From Candidatus Micrarchaeota archaeon (lineage in GTDB: Archaea > Micrarchaeota > Micrarchaeia > Anstonellales > Bilamarchaeaceae), in NCBI GenBank assembly GCA_018812715.1, contig JAHJCT010000017.1, positions 204,019-268,018 on the forward strand: a DNA stretch of 64,000 nucleotides, given 5' to 3'. This document shows, piece after piece, positions 17,512-26,342 of this stretch. The notes beneath the pieces are model-generated. The model saw only the letters and a list, made by a program, of their open reading frames with translations, did not search any database and was not told where the DNA came from. Position 1 is the stretch's first letter. Each line of letters begins with the position of its first letter. The position numbers were made by a program, and so were the translations under genes.

Positions 17512-20500
17512 TTATTCATTTTCTCTGCCTACAAAGCTCAGAGTGTGTCTCTCTATGCCTCTTCTGGCTCTTCCCATATCTGTTATTTGAACAGCGAACT
17601 CTTCGCCTTCACCACTTACAGTGAGTCCATAGTCAGTACGGTGCTGTACGTCCCTTCGTATATCACTTGTAAGAAGTCTATACCACTCTGCTCTTATTGC
17701 CATTTCAGTTTGTTCTCTGTTCCCTTCAAATGCACTTCTTAGCAATTGACCGTCTTCTCCTTCATCAGTGAAGAGCCTTTCCAGGGTTCCGTCCAACATG
17801 CTGTTAAAGTCATTTTCAATAGTATAGAACTGTTGAGCCTCAGCGTTCAATTCTGTACCACTTCTCTCAGTTCCAGTTCCTCTAAATCTTTCTACTTCAT
17901 TGATGTATCCTGTATCAACAGCCCACTGTACACGAACACCTTGTGGATCTGAGAATGGATTATAGTCAGATACATTTCCACCATCTGCTTTGTGCCTTTG
18001 CAGTTCTTCAACAAATTCTTCAAGACGGTATCTGTTGAGTCTGTATCGTGCACCTCTGGTATCGACAAAGCTTGTCAGGAGCTCTCTTATATCCTGGTTT
18101 GTTGGCGCAAGAAGAGTGTATGCCATGCTATCTGAAATATCAAATTCAGAAAGTTCTCTTCTTAACTCCCTTCTTGCATATTGTTCAGAGGTATCTTCAA
18201 CCCATCCATTTGTTCTTGCAGTTGCCATTGCTTCATTGAATGTTTCTTCTAACATTACATCAGTTACAGGAACACGTCTTGTTTGCAATGTTTGTCCTTC
18301 CCCAGCTCTTGCTTGTGTTTTTTCTTCCCAAAGAGTAACAAATGCTTCTCTATTTTCTGGTTTGAGGTACTCGGTATGCTCTCCCCTTTCAGCCACTAAT
18401 GGAAGCATAAGTCTTCCTACTCTATCTCTTCCTTGTGCAAAGACAAAATCCACTAATCCAAGATCTGCTATATTATAATTATCCATTACTCTTTCTTGTT
18501 GCTCAGATACGAGGAATCCTCTTTCTACCCATTGCCTTGTATGTTCATTCATATAGTCATAGTCAACTGTTGCCCTCGTTCCCTCTTGTGCCATTAAATA
18601 ATCAACAAATTCATTTGTCATATTCCTGTTGAGTTTAAGGCCATCGGTTATCACAGTATATTCTACATCGATTATACAACAGAACTGATTTCCTGATTCC
18701 CATTCATCTTCAATTGCTAGTGGTTCCCAGTTTTCTACATCATCCATACTTTCAATACCAAGTTCTCTGCATGAATTAGGTATTACTAATCCCGGTGTTG
18801 CTGGAGGCCTTTCAACTGCTTCTCCTGTTCCCTCGGCTACTTCATTAGTTCCTTCAGCTACCTCGCCAGTTCCTTCTGCATTTTCTTCTCTAGGCGGAGG
18901 TTGTGCTCTAGAGGTAGAACCTGCACTTGTTTCCTGAGAACAATTAGCTATGTCATCATCATCCAGTTCGTTTACATCTCTAACATGTTTCAATGTTCTT
19001 CTCTCTTGGAAGAATGTAAGAACACCTTCATTATCATGTTCAACTTGATTATCCCTTAGCCAGTCTAATCTTTCCTCACCTGTAACTCCATATGCAGTTG
19101 TGTAATAACTATCCTCTCTTTCTGCAAGTCGTTCTGGAATGTCGTAACTATCATTTATCATTCTCTTATTTGAGAGCTCACCTTGCATCGGAGACCACCA
19201 TTCCCAAGGTGCTCGGTCGAAGTGGTTTCCAAAATGATTAAAGCTCCAACGCCATGGCATCGCATTCCATGAGAATGGATTGTACCAATGACCTGTAGTT
19301 GATGTACCAATGCGATAGGTCCAAGGTTTGTACCATGCTCCGTTTGGTGTTGTTGTCATCCATTCATTTGGTGATGTGAACCATGCAACACCAAAAGATC
19401 CTATCAAGTATGCTTTGAGTGCTCCTTTCCAAAGTCCCCTCAACCATCTCGGGTAATGTTGGTATGTGTGAGCCTTTCCTGTAATTGGATTTCTACCAAC
19501 AACTTGCTTATTCCAATTTCGTTTCTTAAGATCATCAACTGTTTCTCCAAAGCCCCAACTTGAAAGTCTTCTAAGACGCCCACCTCTAAAATTACCTTGT
19601 GACTTTCCTATCCATGCTTCGCTTGTAAATAATCTCCAGAACCATTTATCTTTGAACTTTTGCCATTTTCCTACAGTTACTTTTGGAGACGGATCCCAGC
19701 TTTCTTTTGTAGCTTCCCAGATCGTTCTTGCTATAACAAATTGACCTTGAGGTATTTCACCTAAGTTTTCAGCAGTTCTTTTATGAAGCATTTCAACTGA
19801 TTTTTCAGCTGCTTTTCCTAATGGCTTGGAATACTTATTTTCTATTTTTACCAGCATCTCTTCTAATGAAGCACGAGGATACTTTCTAGTTTCTATTGCC
19901 TTTACAACTGTCAGCATTCTTTTTCTTACTTCATCAGGCAATTCTGCTCCTTCTACTTTTGTTCTTAATGCAGTTGCTTTTGTATCAAATGCTTCAAGCT
20001 TATATCTGAAAAGTTCTTCGCTTTCACCTTTACCTTTTCGTTCTTGTATCACTGCATCATATTCTGCTTTAGTAATACTTCTTGCTCTAAGCAGTTCATC
20101 CAATTGTTCTGCAGTTTTTGTTCTCAATCCTTGTTCTGTTGAAGGAATACCAAACAATTGCTGGCAGTCGTCCATACGATCAAGAACTTTCTTTGTATCT
20201 TTCATCAATTCACTGATAACTGGATTGCCTAGCCACTCTCCTGCTCTATTTGGAAGTTCATGAATTAATTCTGTACTCACTTCTCTGCAGTCAAGCATAT
20301 GCTTTTTGAAGTTTTCAGAGTATGTCCGTACTACATTTTCAAATCTGCCATTTTCAGTTCCTTGTATTCCACCTAATTCTGCTGAAAGTGTATCAAATAT
20401 TTCTTTTGCTTGAGTATACTCGTCCTCTATTCTCGCCCCCCTAGCAGACAAACTCAGTCCACGGGTATTAAATTCACTAATTCGCTGTCTTGCAATTACT

Positions 20501-21903
20501 AATTCTTGTTCTGCAGTATCCTTCTCTTCAGTAGCTTTTCTTTCTGCATCCTCAATCTGTTTTTGTGTTGCTTTTGCCTTTCCTTCTGCAACAAGCTGTT
20601 TTAGTTTTACAACTTTATCATACTGTTCTGTTTTTTCTACAACAGTTGCTTCGGCTCGTTCAACCAGTCTCTCTGCATCTGCCCTTTCGTTTCTAAATTC
20701 TGAAATTTCGTCATCTATTGCATCTACTCTTGCTGCACTTTCTTCCATGACGCTTTCAGCAGCAGCTCTCCGTACCATCATGTCTTCAACAGTTTGTCGT
20801 TGGCTTGGTCTGCATGGTCCAAATCCTTCAACATCAACAAAATGACCTGTTCCTGGAATACCTAGCCCTTCAACTGTCTCATTTGTAGGTGTTAAAAGAA
20901 TTGCACGAACGAATTGCCTGAAATTATCTGCAGCCATATCTATTGCTATAGATGTTCTTGATTCAAGATAAGCATCCACATAACTTCCATCAAGTACACG
21001 ACGATTAGTTTCTTGAGTATTCTCCGAGTCCATGCTTCTGGTCCCAGAAAGTTGCTTTAAAACACTACCTATGAATTCTCCTTCTTTTCCTGGGCTGAGT
21101 CTTTGTGCGACATTTTCAAGAAATCTAAAGAATGCGTCTGGAGGTAACGCTACTCCTTCTGGCCATGTTTCATGAGTCCACAATGATTCATATAATTTAT
21201 CTCCCCTTTCATCTCTTACACAATTTCCTTGTTCATCTTCTTGCTCAATCGGATTCCCCTTATCATCTAATTTAAATCTAGATCCGATCATTTGCGAATA
21301 AATAATATCAATTCTATCAGCATCAAAATCTTCGACTCTTCCTTCACTTAACTCTTGAGCAAGTCTTTGCCTTACGGCATACATTCTTTCTGCATACGCA
21401 GTATCAAGTTCTTCAAGCGGTGTCGGCACCGTCGGTTTCTTCAACCCATCAATAAATTCTTTTCTGCATACAATCTCTCTTATAAGCATATCAAAGCCAG
21501 AACTTGTCCTGCCCTGTCCTCTTCGTATTGCATCTACCAATTCTAATGTAAATTTAGTCAAATACTCTGCATTTGCTGTATCAGCACCGCTTTGCGGGGT
21601 TCCTCCGGCACCATGCCGTGTATCTTTATCTTGCCCTCGTTCTCCTCTCAGTTCTTTTAATCTTTCTTCTTTAGCAAATTCAATTCTTGCGTCTTTATCT
21701 GCTCTTTTTCGAGCTTTATGATCTTTTCTTAATTCAGGACTTAATGCAGCCCCCAGAACGGGCACTCTCTCTGCCATATATTTGTAACTCTTTGCAGAGC
21801 GACTTTCTCCACCTCTTGCCCAATCAAATACTCTTTGCCTTATACCAGCTTTCTCAGCCTGTTTATCTCTTCCCTGAGCCCTATCTATAACACTACCCGT
21901 CAT
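17512..21903 (-). CDS. giant protein C (1463 aa), unknown function, with coiled-coil N-terminal part, extremely Trp-rich segment and conserved C-terminal domain
   Basis: ATG at 21903 with GGAGG 12 nt upstream. About 18 Trp in ~150 aa (KWQKFKDKWFWRLF...PWRWSFNHFGNHFDRAPWEWW). C-terminal AEWYRLLTSDIRRDVQHRTDYGLTVSGEGE matches protein B. Confidence 0.9.
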   Translation of the reverse strand: MTGSVIDRAQGRDKQAEKAGIRQRVFDWARGGESRSAKSYKYMAERVPVLGAALSPELRKDHKARKRADKDARIEFAKEERLKELRGERGQDKDTRHGAGGTPQSGADTANAEYLTKFTLELVDAIRRGQGRTSSGFDMLIREIVCRKEFIDGLKKPTVPTPLEELDTAYAERMYAVRQRLAQELSEGRVEDFDADRIDIIYSQMIGSRFKLDDKGNPIEQEDEQGNCVRDERGDKLYESLWTHETWPEGVALPPDAFFRFLENVAQRLSPGKEGEFIGSVLKQLSGTRSMDSENTQETNRRVLDGSYVDAYLESRTSIAIDMAADNFRQFVRAILLTPTNETVEGLGIPGTGHFVDVEGFGPCRPSQRQTVEDMMVRRAAAESVMEESAARVDAIDDEISEFRNERADAERLVERAEATVVEKTEQYDKVVKLKQLVAEGKAKATQKQIEDAERKATEEKDTAEQELVIARQRISEFNTRGLSLSARGARIEDEYTQAKEIFDTLSAELGGIQGTENGRFENVVRTYSENFKKHMLDCREVSTELIHELPNRAGEWLGNPVISELMKDTKKVLDRMDDCQQLFGIPSTEQGLRTKTAEQLDELLRARSITKAEYDAVIQERKGKGESEELFRYKLEAFDTKATALRTKVEGAELPDEVRKRMLTVVKAIETRKYPRASLEEMLVKIENKYSKPLGKAAEKSVEMLHKRTAENLGEIPQGQFVIARTIWEATKESWDPSPKVTVGKWQKFKDKWFWRLFTSEAWIGKSQGNFRGGRLRRLSSWGFGETVDDLKKRNWNKQVVGRNPITGKAHTYQHYPRWLRGLWKGALKAYLIGSFGVAWFTSPNEWMTTTPNGAWYKPWTYRIGTSTTGHWYNPFSWNAMPWRWSFNHFGNHFDRAPWEWWSPMQGELSNKRMINDSYDIPERLAEREDSYYTTAYGVTGEERLDWLRDNQVEHDNEGVLTFFQERRTLKHVRDVNELDDDDIANCSQETSAGSTSRAQPPPREENAEGTGEVAEGTNEVAEGTGEAVERPPATPGLVIPNSCRELGIESMDDVENWEPLAIEDEWESGNQFCCIIDVEYTVITDGLKLNRNMTNEFVDYLMAQEGTRATVDYDYMNEHTRQWVERGFLVSEQQERVMDNYNIADLGLVDFVFAQGRDRVGRLMLPLVAERGEHTEYLKPENREAFVTLWEEKTQARAGEGQTLQTRRVPVTDVMLEETFNEAMATARTNGWVEDTSEQYARRELRRELSEFDISDSMAYTLLAPTNQDIRELLTSFVDTRGARYRLNRYRLEEFVEELQRHKADGGNVSDYNPFSDPQGVRVQWAVDTGYINEVERFRGTGTERSGTELNAEAQQFYTIENDFNSMLDGTLERLFTDEGEDGQLLRSAFEGNREQTEMAIRAEWYRLLTSDIRRDVQHRTDYGLTVSGEGEEFAVQITDMGRARRGIERHTLSFVGRENE
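18820..18882 (-). repeat. three tandem 21-bp units encoding (V)AEGTxE heptads inside giant protein C
   Basis: Plus-strand units ttctcctgttccctcggctac / ttcattagttccttcagctac / ctcgccagttccttctgcatt. Protein reads AEGTGEVAEGTNEVAEGTGEA. Confidence 0.7.
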
Positions 21904-21990
21904 TTTTTCTAAGCCTCCAGTTATTACATTAAATAGTAAATAATGTGGCTAAAACTCTTTAAAAAAGTATGTTTCAGTGGTTTTACATGG

Positions 21991-22413
21991 TTATAATCTT
22001 TCCTTAACTAGCTCAACGAATTTCTTTGCATTTTCTAATGCCTTTTCTGCTTCTTCTTTTCCTACACTATCTGATTCTCCATATACGACGTCATGCCGTC
22101 TTACTCGATACCGATTAAATGTATTTGCTAATCCGATCGACTCTGCTGGAAAGACTGCTGCACAGAATTGAACTACCGCGAGATGATGGGCCTCTGATAC
22201 TGGCATATATCCTTTATACGTCATCAAAGCCCTACCAGCAGATAGCATAGCATTATACGCTATTGCCAGTGCCCAATCATAATTCTTATTTTTCAAATTA
22301 TCTGATGCTACCCTCAGGTCTCTTTCTGCCATCAATAGTATCTCTTTAGCTTTTTCTCTATCGCTTTCCACTTTTCTTACTAAATCCTTCTTTAACAATT
22401 CTGCTAAATTCAT
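21991..22413 (-). CDS. HEPN domain protein (toxin half of a HEPN/MNT pair)
   Basis: All-helical 141 aa from the ATG at 22413 (the track start at 22428 is TTG). Rx4-6H-like motif RYRVRRH. Located downstream of, and overlapping, a nucleotidyltransferase gene. Confidence 0.6.
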   Translation of the reverse strand: MNLAELLKKDLVRKVESDREKAKEILLMAERDLRVASDNLKNKNYDWALAIAYNAMLSAGRALMTYKGYMPVSEAHHLAVVQFCAAVFPAESIGLANTFNRYRVRRHDVVYGESDSVGKEEAEKALENAKKFVELVKERL

Positions 22414-22966
22414 CCTTCTCACCAACAAGCCAAATGATTTTTTTCTTTAAAATATTAGTCAAAAATGAACCTTTCTTTTTTATTTTTTCTTCGAAATCTT
22501 TCTCACTCCATAAAATGAAATTTATTGCTTTTTCATGTTCTTTTTGTATTTCAAATATTCTATTTGCAAGAGTTTCATCATTCACATCTCCAATAACTAG
22601 GATATCTATATCACTATGTTTTTTCTCCTGTTCTCTGGCGCTACTGCCAAAAATAAAGGCATATTTTATTCTACCAGTTGCTTGCAAAACACTCTGTAAT
22701 TTGAAAATTACGCCCTCTGTTTTTTGGTAAAGTTTTTTTAGATCATGTAAAAACGGACATGCTTTGTTTAAATTGAATGCGAGCTGATTCCCTCTTTTTT
22801 CTTTTAGTAATATGTTTAACTCTGTCAATATCTCAAGTTCTCGTTTTGCTTCATAAGGTGAAACTCCAGCTCTTCTTGCAATTTCTCTAAGATGAAGCCC
22901 GTCTTCAAATAATACAATCCCAAGAACTTTTACTTCAGCCTTTGAACGCAATAATCTCTCTAACAT
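22358..22966 (-). CDS. wHTH plus minimal nucleotidyltransferase (MNT) domain protein
   Basis: N-terminal ArsR-like wHTH (LHLREIARRAGVSPYEAKRELEIL). NTase signature FGSSAREQEKKHSDIDILVIGD (GS...DxD). Confidence 0.7.
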   Translation of the reverse strand: MLERLLRSKAEVKVLGIVLFEDGLHLREIARRAGVSPYEAKRELEILTELNILLKEKRGNQLAFNLNKACPFLHDLKKLYQKTEGVIFKLQSVLQATGRIKYAFIFGSSAREQEKKHSDIDILVIGDVNDETLANRIFEIQKEHEKAINFILWSEKDFEEKIKKKGSFLTNILKKKIIWLVGEKDEFSRIVKEGFSKKSGKR

Positions 22967-23006
22967 GTTATACTAAATAAAACAATTGTTATTTTAAATT
23001 TAACAC

Positions 23007-24365
23007 TTACTCAACGATCCGATTTACTATCTTAACTGGATCAAAGGCTTCTAAATCCTCATACCGTTGCCCAATACCAACATAGAGCACAGGTATGTCA
23101 GTCGTTTTATTTATAGAGAGCATTGTTCCGCCTTTAGGGTCACAATCTAATTTAGTTAGTATTATCCCATCAATCCCAATTTCCTTGTTAAATGTTTGAA
23201 TCTGCTCTATTATTGCATTACCAGCAATACTCTCTCCAATATACACTTTAATTTCAGGTTGAATAATTCGATTCATTTTCTTTATTTCATTTATCAGGCT
23301 TATGTTGGTATCTTGTCTTCCTGCAGTGTCTATAAGCACTGCATCAATACCGCGTGCTTTTGCATAATTCATTGCATCATAAGCAACAGAAGTAGGGTCA
23401 CTTCCATATTCTCTTTTTATCATCTTCACTCCGAGCCTGTCAGCATGAATCTCCATTTGTTCAATTGCAGCAGCCCTGAATGTATCTGCTGCAGCAAACA
23501 CAACTTTCTGATCATTTTCCATTAATAATCTTGCAACCTTGCCGATAGTCGTTGTTTTTCCAGCTCCATTAATTCCAAGAAACATTATTTTTACAGGTTT
23601 TTCAGATACTTTTACCTTTTCTACAATGTCAAAGATTCTTTCATTTGTTATCATCTGAATCAATGTTTCTCTGATAGTATTGCTCACAAAAGCATGGAGT
23701 TCTTCTTTCTTTATTTTTGCGCCAACAAGTCTCTCAGTTAATTCTAGTCTTATAGCTTCTGCAACAGATAATTCAACATCTGATTCGAGAAGTTCAAGCT
23801 CTAAATTTTCTAATAATTCTTTTACATCTCCTTCGGTTATTTCTACTTCACGAATTACAAAGCTCTTTATTTTACTAATTGCACCAAGTTTGATTCTTTC
23901 TTTTTCTTCTACTTTTGGTGGAGGTTCTTCTTTCTTTTCTTGTTGTTCGATTATCTTCTCTTTAGGTTCGACTACTTTTGGTTCTTCTTTTTTCTTTTCT
24001 GGTTTTTTTGGAATAACCCTTTCAATTACTTTCTCTATTATTGGTTTTTCTTTAACTAAAACTGGCTCTTCCTTTGGTATTTCTTCTTTAGGTTCGATTT
24101 TTTTAGCTTCAGTAACTATTTCAACAGTTTTCTTTGGTGCTTCTTTTTTCTTTTCAGATTTTTTAGGGAGTGATTTTTCTTCTACCTTTTGAGGTTCTTT
24201 TTTTGGTAGAACTTTTTTCTTTTCAATTTTTTTCTCAGAAATCTTTTCCTGTTTTTCTTTCTTTTCAGGGGCAATCTTTTCTTCTATTTCTTTAGGTGGG
24301 AGGTCTTCTTTTTTTGTAAGTTTATCTACAAAACCAGTGATTTTTTTCTTTAAAAAATCAAACAT
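23007..24365 (-). CDS. ftsY: signal recognition particle receptor FtsY
   Basis: SRP54-type GTPase motifs GINGAGKTTTIGK, DTAGRQ, TKLD. Long Lys/Glu-rich N-terminal region. Confidence 0.9.
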   Translation of the reverse strand: MFDFLKKKITGFVDKLTKKEDLPPKEIEEKIAPEKKEKQEKISEKKIEKKKVLPKKEPQKVEEKSLPKKSEKKKEAPKKTVEIVTEAKKIEPKEEIPKEEPVLVKEKPIIEKVIERVIPKKPEKKKEEPKVVEPKEKIIEQQEKKEEPPPKVEEKERIKLGAISKIKSFVIREVEITEGDVKELLENLELELLESDVELSVAEAIRLELTERLVGAKIKKEELHAFVSNTIRETLIQMITNERIFDIVEKVKVSEKPVKIMFLGINGAGKTTTIGKVARLLMENDQKVVFAAADTFRAAAIEQMEIHADRLGVKMIKREYGSDPTSVAYDAMNYAKARGIDAVLIDTAGRQDTNISLINEIKKMNRIIQPEIKVYIGESIAGNAIIEQIQTFNKEIGIDGIILTKLDCDPKGGTMLSINKTTDIPVLYVGIGQRYEDLEAFDPVKIVNRIVE

Positions 24366-24396
24366 AGAAACTTTGACCTCTTGCTAGATGAAATAA

Positions 24397-24855
24397 TCAG
24401 ATGTAATCCTCTCTTATATTACTATCTACGCGTTCACTTAGTTCTGCTTCATTTTGTATTTGTCTCATTTCTACTGCAGTGGTATGAAGTTTTGTTGTTA
24501 TTTTGTTGAATTCCTCTGTTAATCTTTCTACTGCTTTTTTTGTTGCCTCTATTCTTTTTTCAATTTCTGTGATGGCACTTTCCCTATCCATCTCTGCCAT
24601 ATATTGTGCCCCTATCGGAACAAGGATTTTTGTTTCGCTGATGGCGCTTTTTATCATAGCGCCGCCGCCTATCGGAACAAGAACTGATTTCTCCTTTGGT
24701 TCTTCTTTGATGTTCTCTATTGTAGTAAGTGCGTTTGTCAAATCTACAGTTGTTAATCCTATTCTTTCCGTTTCACGTTTTATTAATGCGATCTGTTCTT
24801 TGTATACTGCAAGTTCATAATTCAGTTGAGCTACTCTTTCTTCTATTGATGCCAT
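24397..24855 (-). CDS. pfdA: prefoldin alpha subunit
   Basis: Coiled coil, beta hairpins (VLVPIGGGAMIKSAI, ILVPIGAQYMAEMD), coiled coil. Conserved position between LX and ftsY. Confidence 0.8.
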   Translation of the reverse strand: MASIEERVAQLNYELAVYKEQIALIKRETERIGLTTVDLTNALTTIENIKEEPKEKSVLVPIGGGAMIKSAISETKILVPIGAQYMAEMDRESAITEIEKRIEATKKAVERLTEEFNKITTKLHTTAVEMRQIQNEAELSERVDSNIREDYI

Positions 24856-24856
24856 A

Positions 24857-25030
24857 TTATCCCTTTTCTATCTTCTCTATCTTAATATTATTCCTTTTCA
24901 CTCCATTTTCAGAACCAAAGAGTGCATAAACTCTTTCCGTTGCCGCTTTTTCGGTTTGGGCATCTACTGTTTTTGCAAATGTCCGCCTTTCTTTTCCAAG
25001 CATTAATGTTCCACTGATGGTAAACTCCAT
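24857..25030 (-). CDS. rplX: 50S ribosomal protein LX (57 aa; below the ORF-track cutoff)
   Basis: My translation is MEFTISGTLMLGKERRTFAKTVDAQTEKAATERVYALFGSENGVKRNNIKIEKIEKG. This fits the LX pattern and the conserved archaeal order L39e-L31e-aIF6-LX-PfdA-FtsY. Confidence 0.7.
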   Translation of the reverse strand: MEFTISGTLMLGKERRTFAKTVDAQTEKAATERVYALFGSENGVKRNNIKIEKIEKG

Positions 25031-25039
25031 GTTTTCACC

Positions 25040-25699
25040 TCATTTTATTAAACCCAGGGCCTCTTCAAGCCTTCCAAGTTCAAATGCTGTTGTGTGCTCT
25101 CCAGCCACATAACCATTCTTATTAACAATAATCCCATAAGATACAAATCCAGTTCCTGTGTTTACTGTTCCTTTACTTCCATATACTTTCAATGCGTCTT
25201 TCAATACTGCCATTTCATTTTCATTGCTTTTGTAATGTGCTAGGAATCCAGTATTTGTTGCTATACACGCACTTCCAACTGTACTATGCCCAGCGACTGT
25301 TGTAGGCACTAATTCAACTCCAAGTACCTCTTCCATCTCTTTAATCTCTTTTTTACTTATATTCGGATTGATTATGCCTCCCTTATCATTTACTGCTATA
25401 TTATTGCCATGTGCGTTATACCTCTCCGATGATATATACGTATTAAGTCCACATTTTTTTAGTGCATCCACTTCTTTTTCGTTTACAATATTTGGCAGAA
25501 TAATACCATTGGAGTTTATTGCAGTATAGATACCAAGAAGGTTTGAATCTGCAATTGTAGTCTTTATTATCTCAGTCTTTAGGTTACTCTCTATCGCTTC
25601 ATCAAGCTTCTTCATGCTGTCAACCGGCAGCATGGTTATTTTGTCATTTGTTTTGATAAACATCCCTATCCAAGGATTTCCAAAGTATGTAGTCCTCAT
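25040..25699 (-). CDS. eif6: translation initiation factor 6 (aIF6)
   Basis: 219 aa. The start MRTTYFGNPWIGMF and the pentein-repeat pattern are typical of eIF6. ATGA overlap with L31e. Confidence 0.85.
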   Translation of the reverse strand: MRTTYFGNPWIGMFIKTNDKITMLPVDSMKKLDEAIESNLKTEIIKTTIADSNLLGIYTAINSNGIILPNIVNEKEVDALKKCGLNTYISSERYNAHGNNIAVNDKGGIINPNISKKEIKEMEEVLGVELVPTTVAGHSTVGSACIATNTGFLAHYKSNENEMAVLKDALKVYGSKGTVNTGTGFVSYGIIVNKNGYVAGEHTTAFELGRLEEALGLIK

Positions 25700-26169
25700 T
25701 TCTTTTCCTCAACTTTTTCCTTCTTTTCAGGTTCCTTTGTTTTTTCCTCTACTTTCTTCGGTTCAGCCTTCTCTTCTTTCTTTGATTCTACTTTCTCCTT
25801 TGGCTTTTCTTCGACCTTCTTTGTTTCTATCTTCTCGTCAATCTTCTTTTCTTCCTTTTTAGGTTCAGCCTTCTCTTCGGATTTCTTTTCCTTAGGTTTT
25901 TCCTTCGGCACTTCATCTGAGAGATATGCATTTATCGTGCCATCCTCTTTGATGACTCTTATTTTGATTTTTCTTGGTGGTTTTTGTATGCTCCTTTCCC
26001 ATAAACTTTTGTTCAATGCTTCACTGATTAGTATCCTTTCTCCAGTAGCTTTCATATGCTTTGAAATAAATTCTCTGAGCAATTTTACTGCCTTCGGAAC
26101 ACGCTTATTTCTAGGGACCTCAAATGCATCTCCAAGCGGAACAGTGTAGATTCTTTCCAGTTTCACCAT
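25696..26169 (-). CDS. rpl31e: 50S ribosomal protein L31e with a ~70-aa Lys/Glu-rich C-terminal extension
   Basis: ERIYTVPLGDAF...PRNKRVPKAVKLLREF core. ATG at 26169 (the track start at 26178 is GTG). Confidence 0.85.
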   Translation of the reverse strand: MVKLERIYTVPLGDAFEVPRNKRVPKAVKLLREFISKHMKATGERILISEALNKSLWERSIQKPPRKIKIRVIKEDGTINAYLSDEVPKEKPKEKKSEEKAEPKKEEKKIDEKIETKKVEEKPKEKVESKKEEKAEPKKVEEKTKEPEKKEKVEEKK

Positions 26170-26178
26170 AAAAATCAC

Positions 26179-26337
26179 CTAATCTTCTATTCGGAGTTTG
26201 TCTGTCCTCCAATTTCTATTTCTTTTATTCTGTGTAACCTTTCTTTTGGTCCTGAGCATTACAAATGCAGGTATTCTCCTTATCTTTCTCTTTTCTTTAG
26301 CGAGTCTCATCTTCTTTGTCAATCCTTTCTTACTCAT
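26179..26337 (-). CDS. rpl39e: 50S ribosomal protein L39e (52 aa; below the ORF-track cutoff)
   Basis: My translation is MSKKGLTKKMRLAKEKRKIRRIPAFVMLRTKRKVTQNKRNRNWRTDKLRIED. Confidence 0.85.
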   Translation of the reverse strand: MSKKGLTKKMRLAKEKRKIRRIPAFVMLRTKRKVTQNKRNRNWRTDKLRIED

Positions 26338-26342
26338 AATGA

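Noticed and set aside
1-21990. Calling the giant-gene region a prophage, plasmid or IS-type mobile element.
   Set aside because: No integrase, transposase, capsid or terminase-like protein and no terminal repeats are visible. Only compositional oddity and flanking TA genes support foreign origin, and the left border is outside the window.
23680-24192. 170-aa Ser/Phe-rich ORF on the plus strand.
   Set aside because: It is the mirror image of the Lys/Glu-rich (AAA/GAA) region of ftsY, so it is an antisense artefact.
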